Positions 61,238-64,000 of a stretch of 64,000 nt of DNA are shown here, in pieces. The position numbers were made by a program, and so were the translations under genes. Under the pieces are notes generated by a model. It was not told where the DNA came from and searched no databases. It was given only the letters and a program-made list of their open reading frames with translations. The stretch is from assembly GCA_051013385.1 (NCBI GenBank), contig CP143273.1, forward strand, positions 384,001-448,000, read 5' to 3'. Each line of letters opens with the position of its first letter. Positions within the stretch are counted from its first letter, which is position 1. Origin of the DNA: Phormidium sp. GTDB lineage: Bacteria; Cyanobacteriota; Cyanobacteriia; Cyanobacteriales; Aerosakkonemataceae.

Positions 61238-62656
61238 TTAATTCGCTTTTCTCCTCAATAAAAAATTAATCCAATCTTTGATAGATCTGGGACGCTTGAT
61301 TATTAAGTCATCAAGGCTCTCACCAGGAGGCATCTTTCTTTCACATTGATGTTCGTGCCACATAATTCCAATTAGACTTACTACATAGAGCATATAACCC
61401 GGTTCTTCCATTTGAGAAAAAACTAAACCAAAAGCACAAACAGTGAGTACAAAAAGTTTGGAAATGTCATTTATACAAAGTCTACGCCAAACCACAGACC
61501 ATATATAGATGAACGATGCTAACCCCAACCACCCGAAATCTCCCCAAATCCCCGCCCAACCAAACAAGGGGGAAAACATACTAGATTGATCGCCAAGCCA
61601 ACTCTTTGCTGTCTCAAACCAAACAGCAGCACTAGCGGGATGTATTGTAGGGCCTAAAGGTGCTAGTAAATCTTTATATTCTTGCAGCATCCAACCACCT
61701 AACCTAGTCACAGTATGACCAGGCCCTAGACCGAGTATGGGATGCAAGAATGATGTATAAAAGCTTGGAACTACGCGAAAAGTTGCCATTTTGAGCCTAG
61801 TGGCTTCACCATCTGGGCCATAAATTTCTGGTCTAATCCAAGTATTAAATGCTCTAAATTCTTCTAGGTTTTGGATACACCAAAGAAAGGCAGAAACCAG
61901 CAAAGCGCCGCCTATTAAATACTTGAGTGCTTCAACGATATTACTGAACTTAGTTATTATCAAAATTACGGCAGCTACTCCAAAGGATAGGAGAACTTGC
62001 TTTGCGTCTGCCATATTCATGTGCCAAAAAGTAGCGAGAACTACAACAGCGCGAATCCAAATGGGAATGTTTTTAGCAGTTGCAAAATAGTATATTCCAA
62101 AGGTTAAGGCAACGGAAGCTCCAACAACGTGACCAGCCCCTTGTCCGATAAAAACTCCTTTAATATTGTCTTCTAGACCATGATGGAGGTGTAGATTTAG
62201 CACATAGCGCTGGACGTAGGCAAAAACAGTGTTGGTTATGGAAGAAAAAATGAAAAATGCTCGCACTCCAATTAATTTTTCAGGAGTCAGAGGAATGCTA
62301 ATTATGGTTAATAAAAGTAAGAAATGTTCGCCTAAAAGTAAAAAAGCCAGAAACAAATTAATGATCCCGGCATCATTTAAAATGGCACTAGCAATAGTGA
62401 CACCTAAAAAGAACAATAGAGCAATGGTTAGTTCCTGAATAGCTGCTATTTGATTGCGGTCTTTAGCCTTAGTTTTTAGTAGGGAAAAGACACAAACAAA
62501 AGGAACTATACCCAGGTGTAAAAGACTAACAATGGAGGGAAATTTTAATGCTGTAAGAACCCGGGGAAAAAACGCTGAACTAAAGGCAAACAGCATTAGA
62601 GTAGTAAGCTGTATGTACCCCTTTTGTTTCTTGCGAACTTCGGCTTCTATATACAT
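61238..62656 (-). CDS. Multi-pass membrane protein, probable Wzy polymerase / O-antigen ligase-like
   Basis: ~11 TM; DNIKGVF, PILGLGPG, GDFGWLGL; polysaccharide-cluster context. Confidence 0.6.
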   Translation of the reverse strand: MYIEAEVRKKQKGYIQLTTLMLFAFSSAFFPRVLTALKFPSIVSLLHLGIVPFVCVFSLLKTKAKDRNQIAAIQELTIALLFFLGVTIASAILNDAGIINLFLAFLLLGEHFLLLLTIISIPLTPEKLIGVRAFFIFSSITNTVFAYVQRYVLNLHLHHGLEDNIKGVFIGQGAGHVVGASVALTFGIYYFATAKNIPIWIRAVVVLATFWHMNMADAKQVLLSFGVAAVILIITKFSNIVEALKYLIGGALLVSAFLWCIQNLEEFRAFNTWIRPEIYGPDGEATRLKMATFRVVPSFYTSFLHPILGLGPGHTVTRLGGWMLQEYKDLLAPLGPTIHPASAAVWFETAKSWLGDQSSMFSPLFGWAGIWGDFGWLGLASFIYIWSVVWRRLCINDISKLFVLTVCAFGLVFSQMEEPGYMLYVVSLIGIMWHEHQCERKMPPGESLDDLIIKRPRSIKDWINFLLRRKAN

Positions 62657-62713
62657 TGGTTATTGGTATAAAGTCAGGAGATTTTGGTGCGTGTAAATGG
62701 ACGGACAGCCGAT

Positions 62714-63877
62714 TTATGTAGGACAGACCAAAGAATAAATTTCCATTAGTCTTCGGTAGTTTTCCTGTGCTGTGTACTTAGCCTCGAACTGGGCCCTGGC
62801 TTCTTGACGCATTTGAGCTAGTTCGGTTGGGTGTTCTAAGATCCATTCTACTTGAGTGGCTAGGTCTGTTGGGTTGCCCGGTTGAAAGTGTAGTCCAGTG
62901 CGACCCCGCTCGACCAATTCAGCGATCGCCCCAATGTTAGCGGCGATCGTGGGTGTGCCCTTAGCAAAACCCTCCACTGCTACCCGCCCAAAGGTTTCAT
63001 ACCACTTTGAGGGAAAAATCAACACCATTGCTTCTCCCATTAAAGCGTGAACTTCTGCGATCGGTCTGCGCCCTAACCACTCAATTTTCGGAATTTTCTC
63101 GGCTGCTTCTGCCACTTGGCTCGCTAAAGGCCCATCCCCGACAATCTTTAAAGGTAAGGGATTTTTTAATTGTTGCCAAGCTGCCAGTAAAGTATCTAGT
63201 CCCTTTTCTACCGAAAGTCTTCCTACAAAAAGAGCATAGCCGCCCCTTCCTTCCCCTACACCTGGGTCAGGATAGACAAAATTTGGCTTGACGACAATTT
63301 TTTCCCCTGGAAGACCCCCCTGAATAAACTTTTGTCGAGCAAACTCAGTCAAAGCAATGTACAGATCCACCTGCTCTTTCCAAGTCTGCATAGCTCTGTG
63401 TACCGTTATCATGGTTGCCGTGACTGCACTGGCTGCCTTATTTTCTCGGTAGCAACTATGCACCACGCCAGGGTAAGGAATCGGTTTCCCCATGCAGTCC
63501 TCACAAACTTGTCCATTGCGGAAAAATAAAGCATTAGGACATAACAAACGGTAATTTCTCAAAGTTTGAACTACGGGTACGCCCTTTGCTTTAGCGGCAT
63601 AGTAGACTGAGGGAGAAATCAGGGGAAAGAAATTTTGCACATGAACTAGATCGCAAGCTTTTGCAGTGAGTTTTTCTTGGACGATGTTGTAAGATTCTTG
63701 AGACCAAATGGTTCGGAAGGTCATGTTTACCGAACCTAGAGTGGCAACGCGATCGTTATTTTCCTCATAAACTTCAACTTCGTGACCCATTTCCCGCAAC
63801 AAGCGTTCCTCTGACTCACGAGATTCGTCTTCTCCGCCTCGGATCTGATAATTATTGTGGATACTCAGGATTCGCAC
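62714..63877 (-). CDS. Glycosyltransferase family 4
   Basis: YQIRGGED, HVQNFFPLISPS, VGRLSVEKG, YETFGRVAVE; start GTG 63877 or TTG 63886. Confidence 0.93.
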   Translation of the reverse strand: MRILSIHNNYQIRGGEDESRESEERLLREMGHEVEVYEENNDRVATLGSVNMTFRTIWSQESYNIVQEKLTAKACDLVHVQNFFPLISPSVYYAAKAKGVPVVQTLRNYRLLCPNALFFRNGQVCEDCMGKPIPYPGVVHSCYRENKAASAVTATMITVHRAMQTWKEQVDLYIALTEFARQKFIQGGLPGEKIVVKPNFVYPDPGVGEGRGGYALFVGRLSVEKGLDTLLAAWQQLKNPLPLKIVGDGPLASQVAEAAEKIPKIEWLGRRPIAEVHALMGEAMVLIFPSKWYETFGRVAVEGFAKGTPTIAANIGAIAELVERGRTGLHFQPGNPTDLATQVEWILEHPTELAQMRQEARAQFEAKYTAQENYRRLMEIYSLVCPT

Positions 63878-63895
63878 TTTAATCAATCTCCACTG

Positions 63896-64000
63896 TTATT
63901 GGGGCAGTACACTCCGGTAAATATCTTCCAAAATCCGAGTTTGTTTACTTAAATCGAAACTATCTCGAACTCGCTTTTGTCCATTAACACTACAACGCTG
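63896..64000 (-). CDS. 3' end of an upstream gene, probably a GT4 glycosyltransferase; runs off the window
   Basis: Manual translation: QRCSVNGQKRVRDSFDLSKQTRILEDIYRSVLPQ*. Confidence 0.7.
   Translation of the reverse strand, partial: QRCSVNGQKRVRDSFDLSKQTRILEDIYRSVLPQ

Noticed and set aside
906..63529. Numerous 60-135 aa ORFs antisense to or nested in long genes
   Set aside because: Shadow ORFs overlapping well-supported CDSs, with no recognisable motifs.

Overview
Chromosomal window from a cyanobacterium, probably filamentous. This rests on abundant HIP1 GCGATCGC sites, heptamer STRR tracts, GTAG-type REP palindromes, ycf23, a Uma2 gene and a group-2 sigma factor. About 1-10 kb holds housekeeping genes: sigD-like 5' end, ycf23, DegT aminotransferase, fetB, SDR, sucC and an epsilon-type mqo-like gene. 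About 10.5-14.1 kb is an accessory array of small toxin-antitoxin-like cassettes separated by four copies of a HIP1-bounded repeat. About 14.5-24.3 kb holds a PAS histidine kinase, Uma2, two fused gene remnants, a candidate structured RNA, a pterin dehydratase and glycine cleavage gcvT/H/P. About 24.6-64 kb is a large surface-polysaccharide locus: Wzc, GT4s, WecB, an ABC flippase, acyltransferases, ArnT-like GT-C proteins, two GMC oxidoreductases and a polyprenyl-phosphate phosphoribosyltransferase/HAD phosphatase/SMR operon. The best candidates for undescribed systems are the HIP1-bounded cassette array, including micro-insertions that inactivate a toxin, and a putative lipid-linked pentofuranose glycan-modification pathway. 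All assignments come from motif recognition by eye; no searches were run.
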